A stretch of 64,000 nucleotides of DNA from Octopus vulgaris (taxonomy: Eukaryota). Both the position numbers and the translations under genes were made by a program. This document shows positions 14,618-28,856 of the stretch, one piece after another. Every line of letters starts with the position of its first letter. Within the stretch, counting starts at the first letter, position 1. The DNA lies in contig OX597830.1 in the NCBI GenBank assembly GCA_951406725.2, forward strand, positions 21,204,001 through 21,268,000, written 5' to 3'. Under the pieces are notes generated by a model. It was given only the letters and a program-made list of their open reading frames with translations. It made no database searches and was not told the DNA's origin.

Positions 14618-16837
14618 GTTTTGGTATCATTCCACTTCTTTTCTGTGATCTAAAGGGTTTATATCTATCTATATATATATATGTATATGTACATGTGTGG
14701 TAGTTTTGTTTTTAAATTCTTGGAGAATGGAATGACAAAAGTAGAGAAAGATGGTTGGGGGTGGGTGAGAAAAAATTAGGGTTTACTTAAAAATACATCA
14801 CTAACCGTTATCTAACTAACACCTGTTGGAATTTTCTTTCCTTTGGCTGCATTTACCTTTACAAAGACCACTCCCTCTCGATACATTCTGATGTTTTTAA
14901 TCTATATCCTGGTTTTGATTCCTACCTACAAATTTCACTTACAGAAATTTCATTCCATGACTAACATTTTTGACAAATGCATGAACTTCACACAATTTCA
15001 CACAATATATGTATATATATATATATGTATGTATGTATATATATATATATGCCCCCTCTCCAATTAAAATTTTGAGGCTTTGTTAGATTTTAATATCAAT
15101 TGTAAGAGTGAGTTCCATTCCAACAAAGGGTTTACTTCCTTAAACAGCAAATCAATTCCCACAATGCAGTTTTAACACTTCAATAAATTTCTCCATTTCA
15201 GAGGTATGAATGTCACATAATCTTCCGTTTCTTTCTCCTTCTAATGTCAATGTGTTGCCTTGTTGCTTTTAGTAAGAATTTGTTAATGAAATTCGGAGAT
15301 GGAGGTGAAATCAGGTTTGATTTGTAACCGCGAATCCTCTTCGTCTTCACCTTGCCTTTTTACCAAAATGCTGGCCTTCTTAAACATCTTACCTCTTTTA
15401 ACTTTGATCCCTTTTTTTTTTTTAATATCCTAGAGAAAATAACTTAAAACTTGTTCTCACTAACCATTTCAAACACCAACAAATTTATAAACCAAAAAAC
15501 ACTCCAGGTGGGGGAAAGTTTTTTTTTTCAATATTATTGTTGTTGTTATTACTATTGCATATATATAATTTCATATTTCAAAACCTGAGTCCAAAACTTT
15601 TCAAAAGTAACAATCGGGTTTCCAATATTTCCAAGGAAACCCAGAAAAGGTCACCTGTGATAGAGCACACAGTTATAAAACTTATTTGGGACCAATTAAT
15701 AAACACTCTCATTACTCTTAATTAATTATCGTTAGTTCCACTCTTCATCTTCTTCAAACCTTTCATTATGATTTTTTTTTTTTTTTTTGAGATTCAGGAA
15801 TAAATTGAAAAAATAATAAACAAATATAAATAATGCGTTAAAGACATTTGAAATATTTCTAGCTTGCTCTCTGCCATTTTTGTTTTCATATCATGTCTGA
15901 ATTTGTGTTTGTATGCGGCATTTATTTAAGTGAGCTTAAATGGTTATAAACACTGAACTTTTGTCTAGAGGTAAATTTAAAAAAAACAAAACACTTAGAT
16001 GTACATAATTGGGTGTTTTCAACCTTAAGTATACATATATTTATTTCTGTATGTGTATGCATATATATACATACACACACACATATATATATTTGACATG
16101 CATGCATAAACTTATATGCAAATGAACACATCTGTAAAGACCATTTATGTATGTGTATTTATGTCCGAGTATTTGGGTCTATATGTCTTTGTATTGGCAC
16201 CATCTCGGCCAAAATAGCAACGCTTGTTTACATCTGTAAGTTCTACATGCTGTAGCTTGGTGGTTTCATTGGTTTTGTCATGTGCAGACAAGTGGATTGA
16301 AATATCTTGCTTTAAAAAAAACAAAAGACACAAAGGTTGGTGATGGAGAGAGCATCCAGCCACAAAAATACCATCTCGATAAGAAGACTGTCTCAACCCA
16401 TTTATACCATCATGGTAAAAGCAAACATAGAAATTATCACAATGATAACATTGTGTGTGTGTGTGTGTTTGTATCTGACATACAGTATGGCAAGCCTTGT
16501 ATGATAAGGGTAAACTCACAGCTTTTTGCTATCATACTTATCATACCACCAACCAATTTTCAGTCACGATTTAAATTATTTTATTTCAGTATATGTAAAA
16601 CACCGATGCCCCTTAAAAAGCAGAAGGCATACTCACTCACGATAAAACTTCATTGCCCATCACCATTCACCTCCCTTTTATAAATCTAGAGTCTTATGAA
16701 GTCCCTCTATACATTATTCATACAATTGCATCACCAATGACCCCCTACAACAATCAAAGTAAACCCATCGTAGACAGGTTTACTTTGTCAAGGATTAACA
16801 TTGGGGCTAAATAACAAACAAACAGATTATCTCTTAA

Positions 16838-17061
16838 CCCTTTAGCAACCAGATTATTCTGTCGAATGTAATGCTTATCTATTCACATTATTTTTAATTA
16901 ACCATGCATTATCTTGTTGCTTTGAAATTTCATTAAATTAATTGTTTATTTTTACAATGACATTGTAGGGTAGGTATGAGAGACCAGACCTAGCTGGTTT
17001 AACACAAAACATAAAATGTAGAATATTTGGGCCAAATATGGTCAGTTTATATGCTAAAGGG
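16838..17061. mobile_element. piggyBac-type MITE with TTAA target duplication
   Basis: TTAA|ccctttagca ... tgctaaaggg|TTAA; related copies at 25973-26190 and 63320-63615. Confidence 0.8.
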
Positions 17062-18648
17062 TTAAACTTTAATGTTTTTTTTTTTCTATATCTCAGCTGG
17101 GGTTCTTCAGGCCACACTGGGCCCTCCACCCCAAATTTACATGGTCTGGGCTTTCAGTAACTTTTTTTTTTTTTACTTCATTAACAAAGTTACTGATTCA
17201 TTTTATTAGTCACAAATACCTTTCTCTTTTTCATTTTCTATTTTGAGGGTCACTGGGGATAGCCTAAAGGGGTCAATAAAGACGTTGAATCTTTGTTTTC
17301 TCTTGGCCCTTCACAAAGCTGATGATGATGATGATGATAGTAGTGGTAATGGTGGTAGTGGTTGTGGGGGTGGTAGTGAAAAAATTGCTTACAAAGTAAT
17401 TATTTCTACATCTTCCATCTCTATATACAACACTCAACAACAAACTGTTTATATTAAGAACTACGTGTGTGTGTATATATATACACATATATATATATAC
17501 ATATATATATATATACATACATATATATATACATATATAATCTGTGTGCATGTGGTTCTGTGTTTATGTATATGTATATATATGTGTGCATGTGTATAAT
17601 AATGAGATAAAAAATTCATTTTAATCATTTTTGATTTAAACTCTAAAATAACATTTTCAGGGATTATATTGAACTAAATTAATACTACTACTACTGTTAA
17701 TAATAATGATAATAATTCTTATTGTTATAATTAATAAAACATGAGACTTGTGCAATAATAATTTCAACCATTACATTACTTCCCATTGGAAACAATTTTT
17801 TTCTTTATATTCATTAATAATTATAATAATAATAATAATGATAATAATGATTTCTTTTATTGGCCACAAGAGCCCAAGACTTTGGGACACTGAAGATAAT
17901 GATGATAATACTAATAATAATTATAACTTTGAGAAAATTAAAAAAAAAAAAAACAGTAAGAAAAAAATTACACTGTAAAAGAAAAACGGGAAAAAAATAA
18001 AATAAAATATTAAAAAAAAACAATACATACACTGACAATTATGAAAACGTGGTTCGTTGTACAAAAAAAGGTGTAATTACATATGTAAATATATATAAGT
18101 GTATATATGTGTGTTTGTGTACAGTTGAGCGTAAGTGCATAGATGTAAATACATAAGCGTGTGTGTGTATATATATATTTATATACATACACACACAAAT
18201 GTATGAATGTGTGTAGATGCAATAAGCAGATGTAAAGTTAAATACAATTTTTATGTGCAAAAAAGATTTGTGATGAATATAGGTGGGTTTATTCATGCAT
18301 ATATGTGTATATATACACATGCTTATACATAAATGTATATATGTGTGTATATGGGAAGAAAACCCTTAGAATCATCTACACACCTAAGCTGTTGTTAAAC
18401 TTTTTAATGCCTTTTTTCTCTGCCTTGTGTGCATATATATATACATAAATGTGTGCATATATGTGTGTGTATGTGTGTTTTTATGAAAGCCATCAAATCA
18501 GTGAATGAGACACAAAAATTAATAAACAAAACCTATTTTTTTAACTGAATATTTGGTTGATACTGCTGGAGAAAGAACTTTATATGTATACATCACATAT
18601 ATATATATATATACATATATACACACACATATATATAATATACATATG

Positions 18649-18679
<31 letters not shown>

Positions 18680-18999
18680 ATGTATATGCATATATATATT
18701 ATGTATATATACACCCTACTATACAAAACTGTCTTTGCTGTTTGAATGTGTGTATATATATATATATATATAATGTGTATATAGTCTTGCGCTTCGTGTT
18801 CTGCCTTCATGTTATGCTAGAGTTTTCTTTTTAATTTTTTTTTTGTAATCAAAATCAAAGGAACAAAAAAATAACATTTGTTTTTTCCCCATAATGCATT
18901 ATTAGTATATCCATATTTTGAGATACAGTATCAAACACATTTTCTTCTATACCACACTTCCGATACATCTATTAATAATATATATATATATATACACAC

Positions 19000-19065
<66 letters not shown>

Positions 19066-19091
19066 ATATGTATATATGATATATGTGTGTA

Positions 19092-19123
<32 letters not shown>

Positions 19124-19211
19124 CATATATGTATAGTCAATTTGAGGATGTCAGGTCCTCAATAGATGTTAAATAATATATTAGGTATATATATATATGT
19201 ATATATATTTA

Positions 19212-19254
<43 letters not shown>

Positions 19255-19642
19255 GTATACATATAATATACATCCATATTATTGTTGTCTCTGTTGGTGC
19301 TGCCTCAATTTCTTCCAATTTTCTTTTATAAATCTGTGTATATTGTTAAAACTCTTTATCTTTCCATCTTCCATTTTCTGTCTTTATTGTTTGTTTGTTT
19401 TGTTTTTTTTTCCTACTCATCTTTACTTTTTTTTTAGAGGATACAGAATATTTAATAATCAAAAAAAAAAAAGAAAGACCTCCTCTGATAATCAAATTAA
19501 ATAAATTATTCCTTATATGGGTAAAAAGGAGTTGAAGGACCTGCTCCTGATTTTGCAAGCAAAACAAAAACAAAACAATTTTTTTATTTTTCCTTTAGTT
19601 CAAATAATCTTTTCCATATATCTCTCTGTCAAACATAGACAC

Positions 19643-19719
<77 letters not shown>

Positions 19720-20484
19720 TATATATACATATATATACACATATATATATATATACATATATGGATTTCTGTTTGTGCTGATGTGAAAGTAACTTTCTCT
19801 CTTCAGAATCTTCATTATCAAGGAGTTCTTATATTCAATGTACTCATGTTGCAGAACCATTTCTATTGTTACTTTTTCCCCTTCTATGTAAAAGAAGATT
19901 TACTATGCTCCTACTGCGAACTATCTATCTAATCTGCCTGTCTCAATGTCACTCTGTCAGTATACATACAAACATACATACATACATACATTACTATACA
20001 TATATATTATAAAACTGCTTCCTGTCTCTTTGTATTAATATATAGATATGCAATTACAGATATTTCATCAGAATTTTTAAAATCTGAACTGTTGTATTGT
20101 TGACCAAAACAAACATAGTAATATTGTTTTCAGCTGTTTTCTCTTATTTTTTAACTTTTAGTTGGGTTTTTTTTTTTATCCCTCTTCCAAACTTAACTGA
20201 AAATAAATATAAAAGCTTTCAAAAGAAATCTCTGTCGAAACAAACAAATAAAAACAGAAATTAATTTATTAAATAATCTTCGTTGATTAAAAACGGAAAA
20301 AAATGTATAACTTTTAACCTGTATGTTAACTCGGGCTGAATGTTAAGGAACTAAAGGTAAATTCATTGTTTACACACATGCACACACACAGGTATATATT
20401 CAGATGTGTATATGTATATACTCATTGATACATGATGATCCTTACTGTCTATTCAAAGACAAAGAATTTTTTTTTTCAATACTT

Positions 20485-20565
20485 GGCATCTCTGATGAGC
20501 ACAGTTATTAGATAATCATCTGATTACCTAATATCCAGTGCGAAACCGATGATAAGATTGGCTGT
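20485..20565 (+). ncRNA. Hammerhead-ribozyme-like motif with long stem II (partly decayed)
   Basis: CTGATGA (20492) - GCAC...GTGC ~20-bp hairpin - GAAA - CCGAT/ATTGG stem III. The cleavage triplet and stem I are not intact. Confidence 0.5.
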
Positions 20566-20632
20566 AATAAATCTATAATACTGTACACTTTGATGAATCT
20601 ATACATATAAATATGCTAGTCTTCAATCTTCG

Positions 20633-20665
<33 letters not shown>

Positions 20666-21954
20666 TATATATATCCTCTTGTTATTGTTTCCTTCATCGT
20701 GCTTTTGCTCTCTGCCCCTTTTTGTCTTCCACTTCTCCAAGACCTATTGTTTTAAAGTAGAGACCAGTTTCTTCCTATTTATTGCTTTATACTTAGGGCA
20801 ATGTCCAGTTCTTCCAGTTGGCACATGCATTTGCATTTCAGCTAAAACAATAGAATTTTGATTATTTTTCTATGACAGTTATTATCATTAATATCATTAT
20901 TATTATTATTATTGTTTTCTTTATAATAAGAATTTTTTTTCCCTTTTTACATTTAAAATGCCTTTTTTTCGTTCTATATGTGTTATATTATGATTATTTT
21001 TTAATAAATATTTCTATACTTCTGCTAATACTACTACTACTCCTAGTATTATTACTGGTCATCAAAAAGCATTATTATCATTATTATGTTAATTATTTTG
21101 GCAATTCTCTTTTAACAGCTTCAGGACAAAAAGTTTTTTGGTGGGTTATGATAATAATAATAACAACAATAATTTCTTTTATTGGCCACAAGGGCTCATT
21201 TATATATTACAATATATCTACTACTTCTATTACCAATATTACTAATAATAATAATAATATCAATAGTAATAACAAGGGCTGTGAAGTAACAAACATTAGA
21301 GCTACACAGAATGCATCACGATAGTTAGTCTTTACATTCCGTGTTCAAATCTCATCAAATTCAGCATTTTTTTTTTTTTTGTCTTGGGGTCCAATGGAAA
21401 AAGTACACTTAACTAAGGTTGATTTAAGTGACTATAAATATATATGTATACACACACATATCCTTCCTTCTAAATTTGAACCCTAAAGCCAGTGTTTATG
21501 ATTAATGATAACAACAGCAAAACCAATTATTTGTGATAATTTGAAAGTAGAGTGAAATACATCTGACATTTATTTGCATACATGTTAACAAAGCACTTGT
21601 ATTAACAATTCTGACCCCTTACTGGTTATCCTGCTTTTCTTCTTTCTCAGTTCCTTATAGAAATAAATACATCCTCATCATTATCATTTTAGTGCCCATT
21701 TTCTCCATGTCATTTACAAATAAATGACACCGCTTATAGAACAGTGAGGTTTGTCTACAATTGGTACACAGTGTCATGGCAAGGAGACACATATGTTCAA
21801 AACCATGATGAGGCTCTGAACATGAACCAATACCAGTTAAATTAATTCTACATATTAAAATGTATTGAGTACTTCGGTACAATAATTTTGTTGTCATTGT
21901 CTTCCAATATAAATTCCTCCAATCTTTGTTCATACCAAGATTTTCATTTCCATT

Positions 21955-21987
<33 letters not shown>

Positions 21988-21990
21988 CAT

Positions 21991-22542
21991 TGAGTGAGAG
22001 AGCAGTGCATGCCATCAAAGTTACACTGGGGTAAAATATACAAAGCCCGGTTTACCCATCATGACTACCCGTCTGATAAGGGTACACTAGGCACATGCAT
22101 CACAACCTTATGTGCATGACATGGTGATCTCATATCAAGATAAACAGTTTATGACCTTGCAAGTGGGGCCCAGTTAGATTTTTCTTCAGGTCGAGTAGCC
22201 CATCCCACTCAAAAGGTCCCTAAATAAGGGCTGCTTAAGGATGTTGAACAAAACATTCATGTTTCCAAAGATGAATTATCCAAACCCCAAAGAATTCTTC
22301 TCAAAACATGGCTGTGATGCTCCCCCACTACTTCTCGTGATCAGAGATACTCATGTCACCAGCCACCAAGGGACACGCTCAACTGGTTACAGTCAAACGA
22401 CTGACAAGCAAATCTGTGGTATTGAGCGGAATATTTGCTGCAGCCCAATTTTTATACAAAGACAAAACAATGTACATGATAACACTTCCAACCAGTTAAG
22501 ATTAGAAGCCATGAGAGCCACTGCCTGGTACTGCATCAGGGC

Positions 22543-22545
<3 letters not shown>
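21991..22545. mobile_element. ~555-bp non-coding interspersed repeat embedded in (TTA)n
   Basis: Flanked by (TTA)n on both sides; a second, truncated copy at 25112-25330 has the same left end and is also within (TTA)n. Confidence 0.75.
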
Positions 22546-22573
<28 letters not shown>

Positions 22574-22649
22574 TTGGTTATTATTATTGTGAGGTGTTAG
22601 TCTTAGTTAATTCACTAGAACACTAGGCTAAAATACATTGATGCATACA

Positions 22650-22850
22650 AATCTAGTGAACTTTCCATGGTCATATAACATGTCTGACATAGCAGCTAGC
22701 TAAACCTCTTTCAAATTATACCTGATCATCATCTTAGGAAAAAAAAAGAGTTGGGTGGGAGCACACTGGATAATATAGCCTAGATCCATAATACCTGAGA
22801 GGACAGGATGGTCATAACTGGAATGCCTATGGTTTGTATTAGGCTTGATA
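22650..22850 (+). mobile_element. Decayed SINE-like family E fragment
   Basis: ggatggtcataactggaatgcc matches minus-strand copies at ~52075-52245 and ~57790-57950; tail ggggctaaataacaaac also at ~16800-16825. Confidence 0.45.
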
Positions 22851-23228
22851 ACGAAGTGTTTTGATTCATTCACATCAATTAAGCCAATGTAGTCAATTTA
22901 AGAGAAGTACCAGTAATATACTCAGTCTGCTTTCAGATTATTATTGCTTCTGCCCACCCACCCTCTTTACCTTTCACACATACACAAATTATTCTTCTGA
23001 TAAAACTTGAACTTCTACAGCAATAAGGACCCGTTATTTCAACACCCAAGGACCATGTGAGTGTAGGTTTCCATCAAAGGATAAAGCGCTATTCCTGAAT
23101 ATTTTTCGTTACATAATAGGGGCTAGCTATACTTCATTTACATTGTTCTTTTGATAGACCTTTTGAGAAAGACTTGAACATCATTTTCCTTACCATCTTC
23201 CTTGTAATGATCTCAGGTGCCATGCCCA

Positions 23229-23561
23229 TCTTTTGCCTTTTGCTTGTGTCACTCATTTGGCTGTGGCCATGCTGGGGCACAGCTTTGACGGGTTGGGCTT
23301 TAGTCGAATGAATCAATATTTTTTTTTAGGGCTAATACTAATTCTATCAGTCTTTTATGCTAAACAGCTAAGTTATGGGGACTCCAACACTGGTTGTCAA
23401 GCGGTAGTAGGGGACAAACAGACACAGATATATACATATAATATATATGACAGGCTTCTTTCAGTTTCCATCTACCAAATCCACTCACAAAGCTTTGGTT
23501 GAGGACACATGCCCAAGGTGCCACACGGTGGGACTGAACCTGGAACCATGTGATTGGGTAG
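23229..23561 (-). mobile_element. SINE family B (tRNA head, CORE-like segment, internal microsatellite), older copy
   Basis: Reverse complement of the family-B sequence (ggttccaggttcagtcccac...gtgagtggatttggtagatggaaactgaaagaagcc...ccagcatggccacagcc). Confidence 0.85.
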
Positions 23562-23782
23562 TGTTTTTCCTCTTTTCAGAGGTTCAGAAAATCTTGGCTT
23601 TTCATGAATTTCCACATCAACTTTAGGCTTCCTGGAAGCTAAGGAGGCTACTATAAGACAGGAATATTCAGTTCTGGACTCGGTTCTTCCTCAGTTTTCT
23701 TTTCATCATAACAGGAATCAATAAAATAAAGTACCAGTTAGGTAATCTATACCCAAAAATTTGTGACTTTATACCAATATTC

Positions 23783-23995
23783 TTTTCTACTCTAGACACA
23801 AGGCTGGAAATTTTGAGGGAGGGGACCAGTTGATTAGATCAACCCCAGTACACAACTGGTACTTAATTTATCAGCCCCAAAAGGACGAAAAGCAAAGTCA
23901 ACTTCGGCGAAATTTGAATTCAGAATGTAAAGACAGACGAAATACTGCTAGGCATTTTGCCTGGTGTGCTAACATTTCTGCCAGCATGCCGCCTT
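23783..23995 (-). mobile_element. SINE family A, full length, minus strand
   Basis: ttctactctagacacaaggc...gcaaagtcaacttcggcgaaatttgaattcagaatg...ctgccagcatgccgcctt. Confidence 0.85.
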
Positions 23996-24473
23996 CTGAG
24001 TTCTGAGTTCAAATGCCACCAGGGTCGACTTTGCCTTTCATCCTTTCGGAGTCAATGAAATGAAACAGTAATCAAATACAGGATTTGATATATTCAGCTG
24101 ACCTCTCCTACGAAGATTGCTGGCTTTGTGCTTAAATTAGAAACCACTATTATTACCTGGATTTGGTAGAATTATTTAAAGCAAATGAAATTGCCTCACA
24201 ATAGTCCTTGAAACTTAGTCTAGGTCACGTACAGGGGTTGATCGTATCAACTAACCTTTTCTACTGAAAATTGTTGGCCTGTGTCCTATTATTATTAGTA
24301 TTATCATCTTCCTTATTATTATTATTATTATTTCAAATTCTGCCAGGATCAGCTTTGCCTTTCATCCTTTTGGAGTTTATTAAATAAGTACCACCAGTGA
24401 AACACTGGGGTCATTGTAATCAATTAGTCCCCCTTCCCCAAAATTTCAGGCCTTGTGCCTTTAGTAGAAAGGA

Positions 24474-24511
<38 letters not shown>

Positions 24512-25111
24512 GTTCATATAAATTGGCGTAAAACTATCGACAAGGCTAACTTGAACCCATAACCTTGTGGTTCATTTTACAACTAGGGTCAGCTTTATAT
24601 TTACATTCACCCACCCCTAATCCACTTTCCGGGGCCAGTAGAATAATACCAGTAATATAACGACTATTTAGATATATTTTACTTGACTTGTTTTTCCCAT
24701 TGCCTTGTGAAAGAAATTACTATCATCATCATCATCATCATCATCGTTATCATTATAACGATCATCTGGACCAAAAGTCCGTTTCAGTCTTTCCATTCCT
24801 CTGTCCGTTGTCTTCCAAAATATTCCTGTTAATTCTATTAACAAACTACATCTTTCACATTTCTCTTCCTCTATCATCATCATCATCATCATCATCTTGT
24901 TCTTCAAAAATTTACTTGCATGCTTACTTACAAATGCAGAAGGGGGTTAATCTAAAACTTTTTTTCAAGGGATTCTGTTTCCAATTCCTTAAGTACCAGT
25001 AATACACTGCTGTTAAAAATAAAAGTAAAGCAACATTGAATGCACATTTCCCTTACAAATGATATGACTTTTCCCTAGTTGAAAGAAAATATTATTATTA
25101 TTATTATTAAC

Positions 25112-25330
25112 GAGTGAGAGAGCAGTGCATGCCATCAAAATGACATTGGGGTACAACCATACGAAGCTCAATATGCACAACACGACTACCATCTAATTAG
25201 GGTACACCAGATATGCACATCACAACCATATGTGCATAACATAGTGATCTCATATCAAGATAAACAGCACATGACTTTGCAGGTGGGGCCCACTTAGAAT
25301 TTTCTTCATGTAGCCCATCCTACTCAAAAG
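25112..25330. mobile_element. Truncated second copy of the (TTA)n-embedded 555-bp repeat
   Basis: gagtgagagagcagtgcatgccatcaaa...gtagcccatcctactcaaaag aligns with 21992-22215. Confidence 0.85.
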
Positions 25331-25393
<63 letters not shown>

Positions 25394-25972
25394 TCAAAGG
25401 CAGCAAGTTGGCGGAATCATTAGCACGCCAGGCAAAATGCTTCGTGTCCTGAGTTCAAATTCTGCCGAGGTCGACTTTGTCTTTCATCCTTTCAGGGTTG
25501 ATAAAATAAGTACCAGTAGGGTAGTGGGGAATGGGGGTGGTCAATCTAATTGACTATCCCCTTCCCCAAAATTTCTGGCCTTCTGCCTATAGCAGAAAGG
25601 ATTACTATTATTATTATTATTTCAAATGTTGCTGAGGTCAGCTTTGTCTTTAATCCTTCCTGAGTCAGTAAAGTAAAGTACCAGTCAAATACTTGGGGAT
25701 GGGTCCTTTGATATTGTTTATGTTCACCTCACACACACACACACCATTTGTGGCCTTGTGCCAATGAATGAGATCCAGATAATTACATTAAAGAAAATTT
25801 TTTAAATAATGAAGCAAAGCTTGAAGATCCAAGCAATCCTGTTTCAATTCCTACATGAAACCACTGAATCTGCACCACTTAGATTTAAAAAAAAATATTT
25901 TGGGAGAGGCATGAATGTCACATAAGCTTAGTTTTTTTTTTTAGAAACCATAAATTCATTCCTATGTATTAA

Positions 25973-26190
25973 TCCTTTAGCATTTTAACAGGCCATATTC
26001 AGCCCAAATATTCTACCTTGTTTTATTTTCGAACTGGCCAGATCAGTCTCTCACACCTACCCTACAATGTCATTCTAAAAATAAGACATCACATCATCAA
26101 AATCTCTAAGCCATAGAGATAATACATAATTAATTCAAAACAATGTGAATTAATAACCATCACATATGACAGTAATCTGAATGCTAAATG
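25973..26190. mobile_element. piggyBac-type MITE, opposite orientation to 16838-17061
   Basis: ttaa|tcctttagca ... tgctaaatg|tta; the internal sequence is the reverse complement of the 16.8-kb copy. Confidence 0.75.
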
Positions 26191-27831
26191 TTACATATGC
26201 ATACACATCATACAAATATACACACTAGAAATTTACAGGGCTCTTTGGCCCCCACTCCAGGTACTGAGAATAGGGCTACTTATAGTATTTTCCGCATTTA
26301 ACCATTTCATTTCTTGTCATGAACATTATTATCATCATCATCATGATCATCATCAAGAGACAGAAATTGTTGCAAGAATTTAGTTATATTCCTTATATAG
26401 TTTGGGTTCTGTTCCCATCAGAGTGAACTTTTCCATCTTCCAATCTTCCTGGAGTTTGGTAAAATAAGGTTCTATGTTCTGAGTTCAAATTCCACCAAGG
26501 TCAGCTTTGCCTTTTATCTTTTCAGGTTCTGTAAAATATGTACCAGTCAAGGGATGGGATTGATGTTTTCAACTAGAATCTTCCCTCAAAATTTAAGGCC
26601 TTGTGTCTCCAGTGGAAAGGTTTATTATCGTTATTATTAATCATACTGGGGAAAATGCTTAGCAGCATTTCGTCTGCCTTGACATTCTGAGTTCAAATTC
26701 TGCCAAGGTCAACTTTGCTTTTCATCCTTTCAGGGTCAATAAAGTTGATCACTGGGGTTAATGTGATCAACTAGTCCCCTCCCTCAAAATTTCAGGCCTT
26801 ATGCCTTTAGTAGAAAGGATTATTATTATTATTATTATTATTATGATTATTATTATTATTATTACTTAAACAGCAGTGGCTTGATGAAATCGTTAAAGTG
26901 TTGGACAAGATGCCTTCCACTCAATTCTGATCCTTAACATTCCGAGTTCAAACACCACTGTGGTTGAGTTTGGTAAAACAAAGTACCAGTCAAATACTAG
27001 GGTCATTTTAATGAGCTAATCTAATCCCTTTCCCATAAATTTCAGGCCTTTTGTCTGTTTTAGAAACAATGTTTTATCAAATATAGTGCCTCATGTTTTC
27101 TGGGTTTTTTTCAGTTCAGCTTTCTCTGGGTTTAACGTTGCCTTTCATCTTTCTCGGGGATCTATGTAACAAACACCAGTAAGATGAAAGGGTTGGGCAA
27201 TAAATGCTCATTACCTTTCCTTCTGATACAGCCTTGGTCCTTTCCCAGAACATTGAAGCTTAGCAGCATTTCTTCTAGCTTTACATTCTGAGTTCAAATC
27301 CCACCAAGGTCGACTTTGCCTTTTATCTTTTTGGGGGTCGGTAAAATAAGTATCAATTAAGCACTGTGGTTGATATAAATCAACTAGCCCCTCCCCTCAA
27401 AATTTCAGCCCTTGTACTTATAATAGAAAGGGTTATTTAATTTTGGTTTTTTACATTGGAAGTTCAAATGCTGCTGATCAGTACAGCATAGGACAAAATG
27501 CATTTTGTCATATACTTAAGTTCAGGGATCAAATCTTATCAAGGTCACATGGCTTTTTAATCCTCCCAGGTTTATAAAATAAAGTAGAAGTCAAGCACTT
27601 GGGAGTTAATGTATTCAACTGTTCCCTTCCTTACGCCTTCTCTCTACCAAAAATTTCTGGTCTTGTGCTTATGCAAATTATTATTATTGTTATTATTATT
27701 CTTTAGGTGTCTTTCAATATTTTCTATATATAGTTCTTTTGAAAATAATACTCTTTCCAGCATCCACATTATTTTTTTGCCATATATTCTGCTTATAACA
27801 TATATTTACTATTATTATTATTATTATTATT

Positions 27832-27885
<54 letters not shown>

Positions 27886-28251
27886 GTCATTAAGGTGACA
27901 AGCTGGCAGAATCGTTAAACACACCAGGCAAAATGCTGAGTGGTATTTCATCTGTTTTTGCATTCTGGATTCAAATTCCACCAAAGTCGACTTTGTCTTT
28001 CATCCTTTTCAAGGCCGATTAAACAGGTACCAGTTGAACACTGGGATGTCAATGTATTCGACCCTCCCACCCCAAAAAACTTGCTGGCCTTGTGCCAAAA
28101 CTTGAAACCATCATTATTATTATTATTATTATTATATTTGATTGTCTTCCTATTAAATTAGCAAATGTTTTTAAAAGCCTTGCATGGGAGAATGGACAGA
28201 TATTCTTCAAAATGAAACCGAGACTAATATTACCCATACATATATACATAC

Positions 28252-28288
<37 letters not shown>

Positions 28289-28856
28289 TAATATGTATAT
28301 ATATATATAATATGTATATATATATAATATGTATATATATATATATATGCATTCAACCATACGTGTGTATGTATACATATATATATATATAGAGAGAGAG
28401 AAAGTGAGAGTCAAAGGAAAGAGTTCTTTGTGGTTCATTTTTTTTTTATTAAATCTATGATATATTGAAATTTGTAGCGATTGTTTTTTTTTAATGTAGA
28501 TGGTTTACTTATGGATATGTATATATGTATGTCTATACATAAAAGATATTTGTGTGTGTGTGTATGTAAGATGTTTTGTATCTGTGCCTGCCTAACATAT
28601 AGGCAAGATAAAGGATTTTTTTTTTAAAAACCCTTAAAAAGCAGTTATCAGATCTTCTCATTTTTACCATCCTTCCTTATTCCATTTTTCTCTTTCAATG
28701 CCCTCCTCCTGAAACCCATGGACAAATCTTACTCAGGGTGGGCTACAGGATGGTGAGGTAAGATAATCAACTGGGCAAGCATTGAACATTTTATTTCAAA
28801 CTTATTTCGTAATCATTCTTCCATGTCAACATCTTTTTTTTTTTTTTTCCATTGGT

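Larger units (their letters stand above)
23996..28135 (+). mobile_element. Dense array of ~11 plus-strand SINE family A copies or fragments linked by (ATT)n
   Basis: Copies at ~23996-24145, 24330-24472, 25397-25600, 25620-25770, 26470-26620, 26645-26820, 26870-27070, 27255-27432, 27490-27675 and 27890-28110. Confidence 0.8.

Noticed and set aside
21655-21990. 111-aa minus-strand ORF in unique sequence
   Set aside because: Starts in an (ATA)n tract; no recognisable motif or supporting exon context.
23565-23700. Good-looking splice acceptor (tttttcctcttttcag)
   Set aside because: All three frames stop within ~65 nt and no donor site follows.
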